NCBI GenBank assembly: GCA_963813535.1
Contig: CAWEZH010000001.1
Coordinates: forward strand, 1 to 64,000
DNA length: 64,000 nucleotides
Source of the DNA: an uncultured Chloroflexia bacterium
Lineage (GTDB): Bacteria; Chloroflexota; Limnocylindria; Limnocylindrales; CSP1-4
Direction of reading: 5' to 3'
Position 1 is the first letter of the stretch; each line of letters starts with the position of its first letter. Shown in pieces: positions 1-8,709 of this stretch. The notes beneath the pieces are model-generated. The model saw only the letters and a list, made by a program, of their open reading frames with translations. It searched no databases and was not told where the DNA came from. The position numbers and the translations under genes were made by a program.

Positions 1-1157
1 AACGTGGCCTCGTAGCCCGGCGGCAGCTCGCCACGGACCTCGCGGCCCGCGGTGGCGGCCGCGAACTTGTCGAACTCGTCGAACAGCCGCGGGATCTGGT
101 CGGTGCCGTCGGGGTCGAAGTCGATCGCGTGATTGGGCCGGTGGCGAAGGAACAGGAACCGGAGCTGCTCGGGCGGCACGACTTCGGCGATCGTGTGCGC
201 GGCGGCGCCGCGGCCCTTCGAGGTCGACATCTTCCTGCCGCCGATGTTGAGGAACTCGTACGGGACGTTGAGCGGCGGTTCCCGCTCGAAGACCTCGCGC
301 GCGATCGCGTCCGAGCGGTCGCGCGAGCCACCCGCCGTGGCCAGGTCCTTGCCGTTCGGTTCGATGGTCACACCGAAGAGCGACCACTGCGCCGCCCATT
401 CGAGGTTCCAGGGCAGCTTGGCATTCCCGCCGAACGGCGAGATCCAACCCGACTCGCCACAGCCGCGCGCCCACGTCACCAGTGACGGCCGGCACTCGAA
501 GTGCACGCGGTCGCCGTCCCACTCGGTGACGATGGTCGTGCCGACCTTGCCGCAGTTGGGACAGATGACGCTCACCGGGTGCCACGTGTCCGGGTGGCGG
601 ACGTTGGCGACGCGCTTGTAGATATCGCGCACCAAGGCCGCGCGGTCGAGCGCCGTCCGGATGAACGGGTCCATGTCACCGGCGGTGTAGATCTCGCTCA
701 TCCAGTAGTAGCGGTCGGGATGGATGCCGAGGCCCGCGAAGGTGTCGATGAACGTCTGCGCGTGGTGGCGTGCGTACGACGCGTGCCCGTCGTCGACCTG
801 GTCGGGGACGTGGGCGAGAGGTCGACCCATCTCGTGGTCGACGGCGTCGGGTGTCAGGAGCGCCTGGGCATCCATCGGGTCGAGGTCGTCGACCCCGTAG
901 AGGAGCGACGTCTCGATACCGTTCGCGCGCAGCGCGCGCGTGATCGCATCGAGGATGACCGGCCCGCGAAGGCTCCCGACGTGGACGGTGCCCGACGGGG
1001 TCTTGGAGTCGTTGACGACATGCGGGCCGGCGTCCCGGACCCGCTGCGCGAGCTCGTCCGCCCAATCCTCGGGCCGATGGCTCGCAGGGGCGTCGTCCTC
1101 AGACCGATGGCTCGCAGGGGCGTCGCCTCGGTCTTCGGAGCGCGAGTGTCGGTTCAC
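1..1157 (-). CDS. lysS: Class I lysyl-tRNA synthetase (3' part runs off the window)
   Basis: Manual minus-strand translation (not in the ORF track because it has no stop in the window): WADELA...DSKTPSGTVHVGSLRG (HIGH-like), CPNCG zinc motif, AKLPWNLEWAAQW, GKDL and KMSTSKG (KMSKS-like). GTG start at 1157. Confidence 0.92.
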   Translation of the reverse strand, partial: MNRHSRSEDRGDAPASHRSEDDAPASHRPEDWADELAQRVRDAGPHVVNDSKTPSGTVHVGSLRGPVILDAITRALRANGIETSLLYGVDDLDPMDAQALLTPDAVDHEMGRPLAHVPDQVDDGHASYARHHAQTFIDTFAGLGIHPDRYYWMSEIYTAGDMDPFIRTALDRAALVRDIYKRVANVRHPDTWHPVSVICPNCGKVGTTIVTEWDGDRVHFECRPSLVTWARGCGESGWISPFGGNAKLPWNLEWAAQWSLFGVTIEPNGKDLATAGGSRDRSDAIAREVFEREPPLNVPYEFLNIGGRKMSTSKGRGAAAHTIAEVVPPEQLRFLFLRHRPNHAIDFDPDGTDQIPRLFDEFDKFAAATAGREVRGELPPGYEAT

Positions 1158-1159
1158 CG
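1064..1159. repeat. Dispersed REP-like element, copy 1, with an internal 30-bp tandem duplication (1066-1095 / 1096-1125)
   Basis: Begins with AATCCTCGGGCCGATGGCT, identical to 20198-20216. Similarity continues to ...TCGGAG.GCGAG.G.C.GTT.ACCG. The two 30-bp units differ at 2 positions. Confidence 0.75.
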
Positions 1160-1188
1160 TCGAGGGTGGCAGTACACCACCGCGGGCT

Positions 1189-1653
1189 CTAGCTGATGCC
1201 GGTGATCTTGTACATGAAGTCGCCGGCCGGCACCTTGACGACGACCTTCTCGCCCTTCTTGCGGCCGAGCAGTGAACGACCGACGGGACTCTCGTTCGAG
1301 ATCCTGCCCTCGCCCGGCTTGGCCTCGGCGGAGCCGACGATCATGAACGTCTCTTTGCCGTCGTCGCTTTCGACGCTGACCGTCGAACCGATCTGGACAT
1401 GGTCGGTCGAGTGGTTCTCGTCGATGAGCGTCGCGTTCTTGATGAGCGCCTCGAGCGTCTGGATCCGGCCTTCGACGAAGGCCTGCTCGTTCTTGGCGTC
1501 CTCGTACTCCGCGTTCTCCGTCAGGTCGCCGTGCTCCTTCGCATCGTGGATGCGATTGGCGATCTCGGGGCGCTTGACGTTGGTCATCTCTTCGAGCTCC
1601 GCGCGGAGCTTCTGGAGGCCGTCCTTGGAGAGGTAGGTGGGCTTGTTGTTCAC
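1189..1653 (-). CDS. greA: Transcription elongation factor GreA
   Basis: HGDLTENAEYEDAK motif and C-terminal ISNESPVGRSLLG. Confidence 0.97.
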   Translation of the reverse strand: MNNKPTYLSKDGLQKLRAELEEMTNVKRPEIANRIHDAKEHGDLTENAEYEDAKNEQAFVEGRIQTLEALIKNATLIDENHSTDHVQIGSTVSVESDDGKETFMIVGSAEAKPGEGRISNESPVGRSLLGRKKGEKVVVKVPAGDFMYKITGIS

Positions 1654-1713
1654 GATCGGTCCCCGCTAGGCGAGGTCGCGCTCACGTGCACGACCGGTGG
1701 TCCGTCAGCTGAT

Positions 1714-1765
1714 AACAAAAAGGACTTCAGGCACGTTCGCGGCTATGCCGCGCGCCTGAAGGTCC
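1714..1765 (-). terminator. Intrinsic terminator-like hairpin in the greA leader
   Basis: Inverted repeat GGACTTCAGGC (1722-1732) / GCCTGAAGGTCC (1754-1765), followed on the minus strand by TTTTTGTT, a rare U-tract in this GC-rich DNA. Confidence 0.75.
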
Positions 1766-1778
1766 CAGCCGGACGCGA

Positions 1779-1807
1779 ATGGTAGTCGCGTCCCCGGTGG
1801 GTGTCAA
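1779..1807 (-). promoter_or_regulatory. Sigma70-type promoter upstream of greA
   Basis: Minus strand reads TTGACA (1807-1802), a 17-nt spacer, then TACCAT (1784-1779). Confidence 0.75.
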
Positions 1808-1835
1808 AAGGGTCGGTGCCCGTCGGCGTCACGAT

Positions 1836-2306
1836 TCAAGCCCCCTCGCTCAGCCGGTAGAGGCGGCGCTTCACCCGCTGCAGTGAGCCCCGGTCCGGCA
1901 TGGCGACGAACAGCGTGTCGTCGCCCGCGATCGAGCCCGCCACCTCCGGCCAGCGTGCCCTGTCGAGGGCTGCGGCGATGGCGTGCGCCGAGCCGGGCAG
2001 CGTTCGAAGCACCAGCAGCAAGCCGGCCTCATGGATCTCCAGTGGCAGGTCGGCCAGGAGCTTGCGGAGGCGATCCTCGCCCGATGTCTCGGCCTCGATG
2101 AGCCGCGGCGGAAGGGCGTACGCCGTCGTGCCCTCCCGGGCGACCTTGATCAGCCCGAGCTCGGCGACATCGCGGCTGATGGTCGCCTGGGTCGTCCGGA
2201 AACCACGCTCTCGGAGGGCTCCCGCAAGCTCGAGCTGGGTCCGGATGGGGCGTTGCGCGACGAGGTCACGGATCGCCCGTTGGCGGAGCTGCTTCATGAC
2301 CTCCAT
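1836..2306 (-). CDS. argR: Arginine repressor
   Basis: TQATISRD winged-helix motif and C-terminal GSIAGDDT arginine-binding motif. Confidence 0.95.
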   Translation of the reverse strand: MEVMKQLRQRAIRDLVAQRPIRTQLELAGALRERGFRTTQATISRDVAELGLIKVAREGTTAYALPPRLIEAETSGEDRLRKLLADLPLEIHEAGLLLVLRTLPGSAHAIAAALDRARWPEVAGSIAGDDTLFVAMPDRGSLQRVKRRLYRLSEGA

Positions 2307-2315
2307 CGGCCGGCC

Positions 2316-3149
2316 TCAGCTGCCCCGGGCTAACAGCACGATGATCACGAACGCCGCCAGACCGAACCTGTACCACACGAAGAGGTCGAGCGAGCGCGAC
2401 CGCAGGTAGTCGAGCATGAACCGGATCGCGACGAGGCCGGCGACGAGCGACGCGACCAGTCCGACGAGGAGCGGCGCATAGGCCACGTCCACACCCGCCT
2501 CGCCGGTCAGGAGCTTGCGCGCCTCGAACACGATCGCGCCAGCCGTGATCGGCGTGGCCATGAGGAACGCGAACCGCGCGGCGGCCTCGCGATCCAACCC
2601 GGCGAACCGCCCGGCGGAGATCGAGATGCCGGACCGGCTGATGCCCGGGATGAGGGCTAGCGCCTGGGCGGCGCCGATGCCGATCGCGATCGGGAAGGTC
2701 ACGTCCCCGACGCCCCTGGTCCGGGCGCCGACGTGGTCGGCGACCCACAGGATGATGCCGCCTACGACGAGCGTGACCGCCACGAGCCCGATCTGGCGGA
2801 CCTGGGTCTCGAATACGTCGCTGAACAGCGCCCCGACGATGGCCGCCGGGATCGTCGCCGCAACGAGCAGCCAGGCGAGCTTGCGGTCCGGGTCGCCCTG
2901 GAACGAGCGATCACGGATCGTCGCGAGGCCGGCCGGGATGAGCCGCAGCCAGTCCGCGCGAAAGTAGATGAGCAGCGCGATGAGCGTGCCGAGGTGCAGC
3001 ATGACGCTGAACGCCAGCGAGGTGATGAACGCGTCGTCCCATCCGAACAGCCACGGCACGATGATCAGGTGCCCGGACGAACTCACGGGCAGAAACTCCG
3101 TGAGTCCCTGGACGATCCCCATGATCAGGGCCTGGAGTACGAGGTCCAT
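2316..3149 (-). CDS. uppP: Undecaprenyl-diphosphate phosphatase
   Basis: QGLTEFLPVSSSGHL and PGISRSG motifs; multiple TM helices. Confidence 0.96.
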   Translation of the reverse strand: MDLVLQALIMGIVQGLTEFLPVSSSGHLIIVPWLFGWDDAFITSLAFSVMLHLGTLIALLIYFRADWLRLIPAGLATIRDRSFQGDPDRKLAWLLVAATIPAAIVGALFSDVFETQVRQIGLVAVTLVVGGIILWVADHVGARTRGVGDVTFPIAIGIGAAQALALIPGISRSGISISAGRFAGLDREAAARFAFLMATPITAGAIVFEARKLLTGEAGVDVAYAPLLVGLVASLVAGLVAIRFMLDYLRSRSLDLFVWYRFGLAAFVIIVLLARGS

Positions 3150-3157
3150 CTACACGG

Positions 3158-3274
3158 CGGCGCACCTGGCGGCGTCACCCGGCGTTGCTGCCTGCGCGCG
3201 CTCACTCGCCCACATCTCAGTGCGCTCGTTCACGTGCTCGGCAGCGCCTTGGTTGACACGCGCCATCTGCGCCG
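3158..3274. repeat. Long imperfect palindrome (REP/MITE-like or structured RNA) between hppA and uppP
   Basis: Outer arms CGGCGCACCTGGCGGCGTCACC and GGTTGACACGCGCCATCTGCGCCG are near reverse complements; inner GCTGCC/GGCAGC stem. Confidence 0.55.
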
Positions 3275-3290
3275 ATTCTCGGTTCGGGGG

Positions 3291-5522
3291 TTACCGAATA
3301 AAAAGGGGAGCAAGGACTAGGGAGATGGTCGCCAGGAGCTTCACCAGGACATGCAACGACGGCCCGGCGGTGTCCTTGAACGGGTCACCGACGGTGTCAC
3401 CGACGACGGCGGCGGCGTGCGCCTCCGAACCTTTGCCGAGCACGTTGCCCTGGTCGTCCTTGAGCTGCCCTGATTCGATGTACTTCTTGGCGTTGTCCCA
3501 TGCGCCGCCACCGTTGTTCAGGACGGTCGCGAGCAGCACGCCGGCGATCGTCCCGACCATGAGCATGCCGGCCACCGCTTCGAAGCCGAGCAGGAGGCCG
3601 ATGACGATCGGCAGGGCGACCGCGACGAGACCAGGCGCGATCATCTCGCGTAGAGCCGCACGGGTCGTGATGTCGACGACACGCGCGTAGTCCGGGCGCT
3701 GGCTGTAATCCATGATCCCGGGCATCTCGCGGAACTGGCGCCGGACCTCGACGATGATGGTCTGCGCCGTCTTGCCGACGGCACGGATCGCGAGCGAGCT
3801 GAAGAAGTAGACGAGCATCGCCGCGAGGAGCGCGGCGATGAAGACGTTGACGTTGGCCAGGTTGACCGAGTCGAGCAGCTCGGCTCCGGGGACACCGGCG
3901 GCGATACGCCGACCCTGGATGACGTTGATCTTGTCGATGTAGGCGGAGAACAGCAAGAACGCGGCCAACGACGCCGACGCGATCGCGTAGCCCTTGGTCA
4001 AGGCCTTGGTCGTATTGCCGACCGCGTCGAGACGATCCGTGATCTCCCGGGCGCCCTGCTCAGCGCGGCTGAACTCGGCGATGCCTCCGGCGTTGTCGGT
4101 GATCGGCCCGAAGGTGTCCATCGCGAGGATGTAGGCCGTGGTCATGAGCATGCCCATCGTGGCGACGGCGGTCCCGAAGATCCCGCCGACATTCGCGCCG
4201 CCTTCGCCCACGAGGCCCGCCTGGTTGCCCAGCCAGTAGCTCACGAATAGGGCGATGCTGATCGTGACCGCGGTCACGAGCGTCGTCTCGAAACCGACGG
4301 CGGTGCCGCTGATGATGTTTGTCGCCGGGCCGGTCTTGGATGCCTCGGCGATATCGCGGACCGGGCGGAACGATCCGGCCGTGTAGTACTGGGTGATGTA
4401 GACGAAGGCGACACTCGTGGCCAGACCGACCACGCCCGCGGCGAAGAAATACGTCCAGGTCGGCAGCCCACCGGTGCCGGTCCCGCCGTTGGTGTTCATC
4501 ATCACGGAGGTCACGAAGGCCATGCCGACCACGGACAGGAGGGTCGTGACCCAGTAGCCGCGGTTGAGCATGTTCATCGGGTCCTCGGTCTCTTTTCCGC
4601 GCACGAAGAAGATCGCGACGATCGTCGCCAGCAGGCCGAAGGCCCGGACGACGAGCGGGAAGAAGATCCAGGCCTCGGGGTTCGGCCACCCCGCCGCGAC
4701 CGCGATCGTGTAGACCGCGACCCCGAGGATCATCGCGCCGATGTTCTCGGCGGCGGTCGACTCGAACAGGTCCGCGCCACGGCCGGCGCAGTCGCCGACG
4801 TTGTCGCCCACGAGGTCCGCGACGACACCCGCGTTGCGCGGGTCGTCCTCGGGAATGCCTTTCTCGACCTTGCCGACGAGATCCGACCCGACGTCGGCGG
4901 CCTTGGTGTAGATGCCGCCACCGAGCTGGGCGAACAGGGCGACGAACGAGGCTCCGAACCCGAACCCGACGATGAGAAACGGCGCCTCCTTGACGGTCAC
5001 GTCCGCGACCACCGTGTCGTACAGCGTGAAGATGGCCCACACCCCGAGCAGCGACAGGGCCACGACGAGGAAGCCCGAGACGGCCCCACCGCGCATAGCG
5101 ACCTGGACGGCCTCGACCAGGCTCCGGCGCGCGGCAGAGGCCGTGCGGACGTTGGCCCTGACGGCGACGAACATGCCGATGATCCCCGAGGCCATCGAAC
5201 ACAACGCACCCACGAAAAAGGCAAACGCCGTCATCAGACCGATGGGCAGGCCGGCCAGGTCGGGCACGTCCGCGACCTCACGCGTCTCGACCACCGTGAT
5301 CAACGCACCGATGAGGACCGCGCCGACGACGGCGAGCACGAAGATCGTCGTGTACTGCCGACGGATGAATGCGACGGCGCCTTCGAAGATCGTGCCGGCG
5401 ACCGCCTGCATCTCGGCGGTACCGGTGTCGCGGGCCAGCACGTCGCGGGCCAGGTAGATCGCAAAGAAGACGGCGATGATCCCTGCCAGCGGGATGATCG
5501 GCAGGAGCGTACTCGCATCCAT
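3291..5522 (-). CDS. hppA: Membrane pyrophosphatase, K+-independent H+-pumping type
   Basis: GGIYTKAADVGSDLVGKVE, EDDPRN, DNVGD and GDTVGDPFKDT motifs. GNTTKA has Lys at the K+-dependence determinant. Start taken at ATG 5522. Confidence 0.95.
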   Translation of the reverse strand: MDASTLLPIIPLAGIIAVFFAIYLARDVLARDTGTAEMQAVAGTIFEGAVAFIRRQYTTIFVLAVVGAVLIGALITVVETREVADVPDLAGLPIGLMTAFAFFVGALCSMASGIIGMFVAVRANVRTASAARRSLVEAVQVAMRGGAVSGFLVVALSLLGVWAIFTLYDTVVADVTVKEAPFLIVGFGFGASFVALFAQLGGGIYTKAADVGSDLVGKVEKGIPEDDPRNAGVVADLVGDNVGDCAGRGADLFESTAAENIGAMILGVAVYTIAVAAGWPNPEAWIFFPLVVRAFGLLATIVAIFFVRGKETEDPMNMLNRGYWVTTLLSVVGMAFVTSVMMNTNGGTGTGGLPTWTYFFAAGVVGLATSVAFVYITQYYTAGSFRPVRDIAEASKTGPATNIISGTAVGFETTLVTAVTISIALFVSYWLGNQAGLVGEGGANVGGIFGTAVATMGMLMTTAYILAMDTFGPITDNAGGIAEFSRAEQGAREITDRLDAVGNTTKALTKGYAIASASLAAFLLFSAYIDKINVIQGRRIAAGVPGAELLDSVNLANVNVFIAALLAAMLVYFFSSLAIRAVGKTAQTIIVEVRRQFREMPGIMDYSQRPDYARVVDITTRAALREMIAPGLVAVALPIVIGLLLGFEAVAGMLMVGTIAGVLLATVLNNGGGAWDNAKKYIESGQLKDDQGNVLGKGSEAHAAAVVGDTVGDPFKDTAGPSLHVLVKLLATISLVLAPLFIR

Positions 5523-5812
5523 CAGGGTCGTCGGGTCCCTCCACGGTGGTGACTGGCAGGCATCCGACCCGGTCCGCGGCGTGCGGCGTTGCGGTCGGAT
5601 ATCCGGGGAAGCGTCGCCTCTGGTCCCGTCGGCATGCACCGATGGGTGGGACCTTTCAGGCCGGCGGCGAGTGTAACAAGGCGTTCTTCAGCGGGTCAAA
5701 CTCGCCGCCGGGCGCCGAATATGCAGGCCTGTGGCGGCTTGTCGACGGGCCTCATGACCCCACCGGGGGGCCATCGGCGTCGCCGGGCACCCGCCCCTAT
5801 ACTGCCGGACTT

Positions 5813-6412
5813 GTGAGTCAACGACCCGCGCTCGGGTGTCTCTTCGAGATCGTCGAGACGCTCGTCTTGACACTCCTGATCTTCTTCGTCATCCAAAACT
5901 TCGTCGCCCAGCCGTATAAGGTCCAGCAGAAGTCCATGCAACGGACGCTCGAGGAAGACCAATACGTGCTCGTCGACAAGTTGACCCCGCGCTTCGACGC
6001 GTACAACCGTGGCGATATCGTCGTCTTCGAGCCGCCCGAGGAATGGGGTGAATCGAACACGCCATTCATCAAACGGGTGATCGGCGAGCCGGGCGACACC
6101 GTCGAGATCCGGGACGATGGCTTCGTGTACGTCAACGACATCGCGCTTGACGAGCCGTACGTATACGCCGACGAGGTCGGTGGCCCGTCGCAGCCAACGA
6201 CGGCGCCCCTCGAACAGTCGACGTGGACCGTTCCCGAGGGCGACCTGTTCCTGATGGGCGACCATCGCGCCAACTCCGCTGACTCGCGCACGTTCGGCCC
6301 CGTGCCGATCGACCGTGTCGTCGGGCGAGCCTGGCTGCGCTACTGGCCGCTTGACACCTTCGGCATCCTCCAGACACCGACCTACCCGAGTCTCGCCCCC
6401 GCCACCCCATGA
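5813..6412 (+). CDS. lepB: Signal peptidase I
   Basis: KSMQRTL (catalytic Ser), FIKRVIG (catalytic Lys) and GDHRANSADSR; TATACT just upstream of GTG 5813. Confidence 0.95.
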   Translation: MSQRPALGCLFEIVETLVLTLLIFFVIQNFVAQPYKVQQKSMQRTLEEDQYVLVDKLTPRFDAYNRGDIVVFEPPEEWGESNTPFIKRVIGEPGDTVEIRDDGFVYVNDIALDEPYVYADEVGGPSQPTTAPLEQSTWTVPEGDLFLMGDHRANSADSRTFGPVPIDRVVGRAWLRYWPLDTFGILQTPTYPSLAPATP

Positions 6413-6431
6413 CGCCGTCCGGATCCCGGCG

Positions 6432-7100
6432 GTGAACCCGCTCCTCGCCGCGATCGCGCTCGGGGTCGTCGCCGGGACGGTGGTCACGGTCGCCTCGCGC
6501 GACACCCGTGTCGCGATCCTCGGGATGGCCGTGGTCCTCATCGGCTCCCCGGTCCTCTCCGATCCGCTGCCGGCGCCGCTCGGCCTCGCCGCACGGTTCG
6601 TCGGAGCCATCCTGGCCGCCTACCTGCTCTGGATCGTGGCTCGCGATCGTGACCGAAGCCGTGGTCCGGCGCCGGTGACGGGCGGTTCACGCATCGGCTG
6701 GCCAGCGGAGAGCCTGGTCGCCGGGGCGGCCTTGGTGGTCGGCTTCGCGGCGCACGGGCTCGGTGCGCCGGCACTCGGCTCGGCGTTGGCCAGCGCGGCC
6801 GGGTTCGCCGTGGCGGCGCTCGCGGTGCCCGCGACGATGACCGGCACGGACGTCGTCCGGGTCGGGATCGGCTCGCTGTTGCTGCTCGATGCCGGGCTCC
6901 TGGTGCGGGCGGGATTGGGGGGCACCCCCGATGAGCTGGAACAACTCATCACCAGCGGCATGCTCGTGGTCGTGGGGGCCGCCGTCGCGACGCTTGCCGG
7001 CAGCGCCCGGGCCGACGGGGCCGGGGGGTTCGAGTTCTCGCTGGAGGGTCGTCGACGTCGCCGCCGCGAACCCGACGCCCATCCGATCGAGCCCCGCTGA
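6432..7100 (+). CDS. Hypothetical multi-pass membrane protein (possibly distantly HyfE-like)
   Basis: About 7 hydrophobic segments; 20 nt downstream of lepB and 13 nt upstream of the next gene. Confidence 0.7.
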   Translation: MNPLLAAIALGVVAGTVVTVASRDTRVAILGMAVVLIGSPVLSDPLPAPLGLAARFVGAILAAYLLWIVARDRDRSRGPAPVTGGSRIGWPAESLVAGAALVVGFAAHGLGAPALGSALASAAGFAVAALAVPATMTGTDVVRVGIGSLLLLDAGLLVRAGLGGTPDELEQLITSGMLVVVGAAVATLAGSARADGAGGFEFSLEGRRRRRREPDAHPIEPR

Positions 7101-7113
7101 GGGACCAGGTCCG

Positions 7114-8703
7114 ATGAGCCTGCTCCCCTTCCTGCTGCTGACCAGCCTCGGGGCGATCGCGGTGATCGCGGTCCGCGGGAGGCAGCGGATGGCGACCGGT
7201 GTCGGCATCGCCGTCCTCGCACTCGCCGTGCTGGCCGCCGCGATCATCCGACCAGGGCAGTCGATCGCGATCGGCACGACTGGGATCGCGACGACTGACT
7301 ACCTGCGCGTGTTCCTGCTCCTCGCGGCGATGGCCGCGCTGCTCCTGGCGATCGTCGGCGAGGCGACCGAACGGCGGCGTGGCGCTCCTGTCGTGGCCCT
7401 GGGCATCCTCGCCACGTCCGCGCTGGCCCTGTCGCTGCCGGACGCCCGGATCGCCGTCCTCGCCGCGACCGCCGGGGGTGCCTTCGGGGCGCTCGTCGCG
7501 CTCATCCCGGACGCCGGCCGGACCGGTGCGACCGTCGGCACGCGCGTGCTTCGCGCCACGGCGGTCGCGGGGACCATGGCGATCGCGGCGACGGCATGGA
7601 TCGGTCGCGACCTGAGCGACCTCGCGGCACAACCGATCGTCTTCGGCCTTGCGTACCTCGCGTTCGCACTCGCTGTCGCCATCCGGTTCGGAGCCATCCC
7701 GGCACACACCTGGGCCGCGCGTCTCACCGACGCCGTGCCCGAGACGACGCTCCCACTGGTGACGGCCATCGCTCCGGCGGCCCTGGCGATCGTCGCCCTC
7801 GCGTGGGCGGATGCGTCGGTCGCGCCGCTGGCGCTCGACATGACGTCGGTCCGCTTCGTGGTGCTGGTCGTGGCCATCGCCTCGATATTCCTGGCCTCGA
7901 TCGCTGCCCTGATCCAGGACGACATCGAGCACGTCGTGGGCTACGCGATCGTCGGCGACGCGGGGGTGGTGCTGCTGGCCGTGGCGTCACTGGACCCGGC
8001 CTCCTGGGCGCCGGCGCGGACGTGGATCCTCGCGTTCATCGTGGCCCGCAGCGCGTTCGCGGCCTGGGCCGCGGCGACCCGGGCGACCTTCGGGACGGGG
8101 CGACTCATCGATCTCCGCGGCTGGGCCGTCCGGGCCCCGATCCTCGCGGGCGTGCTCGCCATCGTGGTCGTCGCGAGCATCGGACTGCCCGGGCTTGCCG
8201 CGGCGGAGGCCCGCGGCGAGTTGATCTCGCTCGTGCTCGATGGCCCGATCGCCTACCTCGTGATGCTCGGGACGCTCAGCCCGCTGCTCTATTACGGGCG
8301 CCTGTTCGTCATCGGGGTCGAGCGGCCCGCCAGCGGACCACGCGTCGCCTGGCGTCCGATCGCGTCGGGTCTCGACCTGACCGATCTCCGCGCTTCCCTC
8401 GGCCGTGCCTGGGCCGACAACCGGCTCGTCATCGCCACCGCCGGAGCGGGCGTGCTCGCCATCCTTGCCCTGACCGTGTCGGCAGGGGCGTTCGGCGGGC
8501 CGGAAGCGGCGGCGGGTCTGCCGCCGAGCGTCGGCGTCAGCGTCGAGTCATTCGCACCGGGCGCGTCGGAGCGACCGGTCGAGCCGGGGGCATCGGATCC
8601 ACCGTCCGTGCAGCCATCGACGGCACCCGCGGCGTCGTCCGAGCCGTCGACCGAGCCCGCGGCATCGTCTCAGCCGACCGTCGAACCCGTGCCGACCTCG
8701 TAG
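7114..8703 (+). CDS. Degenerate proton-conducting membrane transporter-like protein (NuoL/M/N-MrpD-HyfB family) with a Pro/Ser/Ala-rich tail
   Basis: AIRFGAIPAHTW resembles the K-x-G-x-x-P-x-H-x-W helix; QDDIEHVVGY resembles QxDxKxxxAY; SIGLPG motif present. Confidence 0.7.
   Translation: MSLLPFLLLTSLGAIAVIAVRGRQRMATGVGIAVLALAVLAAAIIRPGQSIAIGTTGIATTDYLRVFLLLAAMAALLLAIVGEATERRRGAPVVALGILATSALALSLPDARIAVLAATAGGAFGALVALIPDAGRTGATVGTRVLRATAVAGTMAIAATAWIGRDLSDLAAQPIVFGLAYLAFALAVAIRFGAIPAHTWAARLTDAVPETTLPLVTAIAPAALAIVALAWADASVAPLALDMTSVRFVVLVVAIASIFLASIAALIQDDIEHVVGYAIVGDAGVVLLAVASLDPASWAPARTWILAFIVARSAFAAWAAATRATFGTGRLIDLRGWAVRAPILAGVLAIVVVASIGLPGLAAAEARGELISLVLDGPIAYLVMLGTLSPLLYYGRLFVIGVERPASGPRVAWRPIASGLDLTDLRASLGRAWADNRLVIATAGAGVLAILALTVSAGAFGGPEAAAGLPPSVGVSVESFAPGASERPVEPGASDPPSVQPSTAPAASSEPSTEPAASSQPTVEPVPTS
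8611..8680 (+). repeat. 30-bp imperfect coding tandem repeat (QPSTAPAASS/EPSTEPAASS/QPT)
   Basis: Period-30 similarity visible in both DNA and protein. Confidence 0.7.
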
Positions 8704-8709
8704 CTCGGG

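Noticed and set aside
1066-1125. 30-bp tandem repeat as a CRISPR array
   Set aside because: Only two adjacent units, with no unique spacers and no cas genes.
1836-2306. ArgR regulation of the cyanophycin genes through ARG boxes
   Set aside because: I found no convincing AT-rich ARG-box palindromes upstream of argR, cphB or the cphA paralog.
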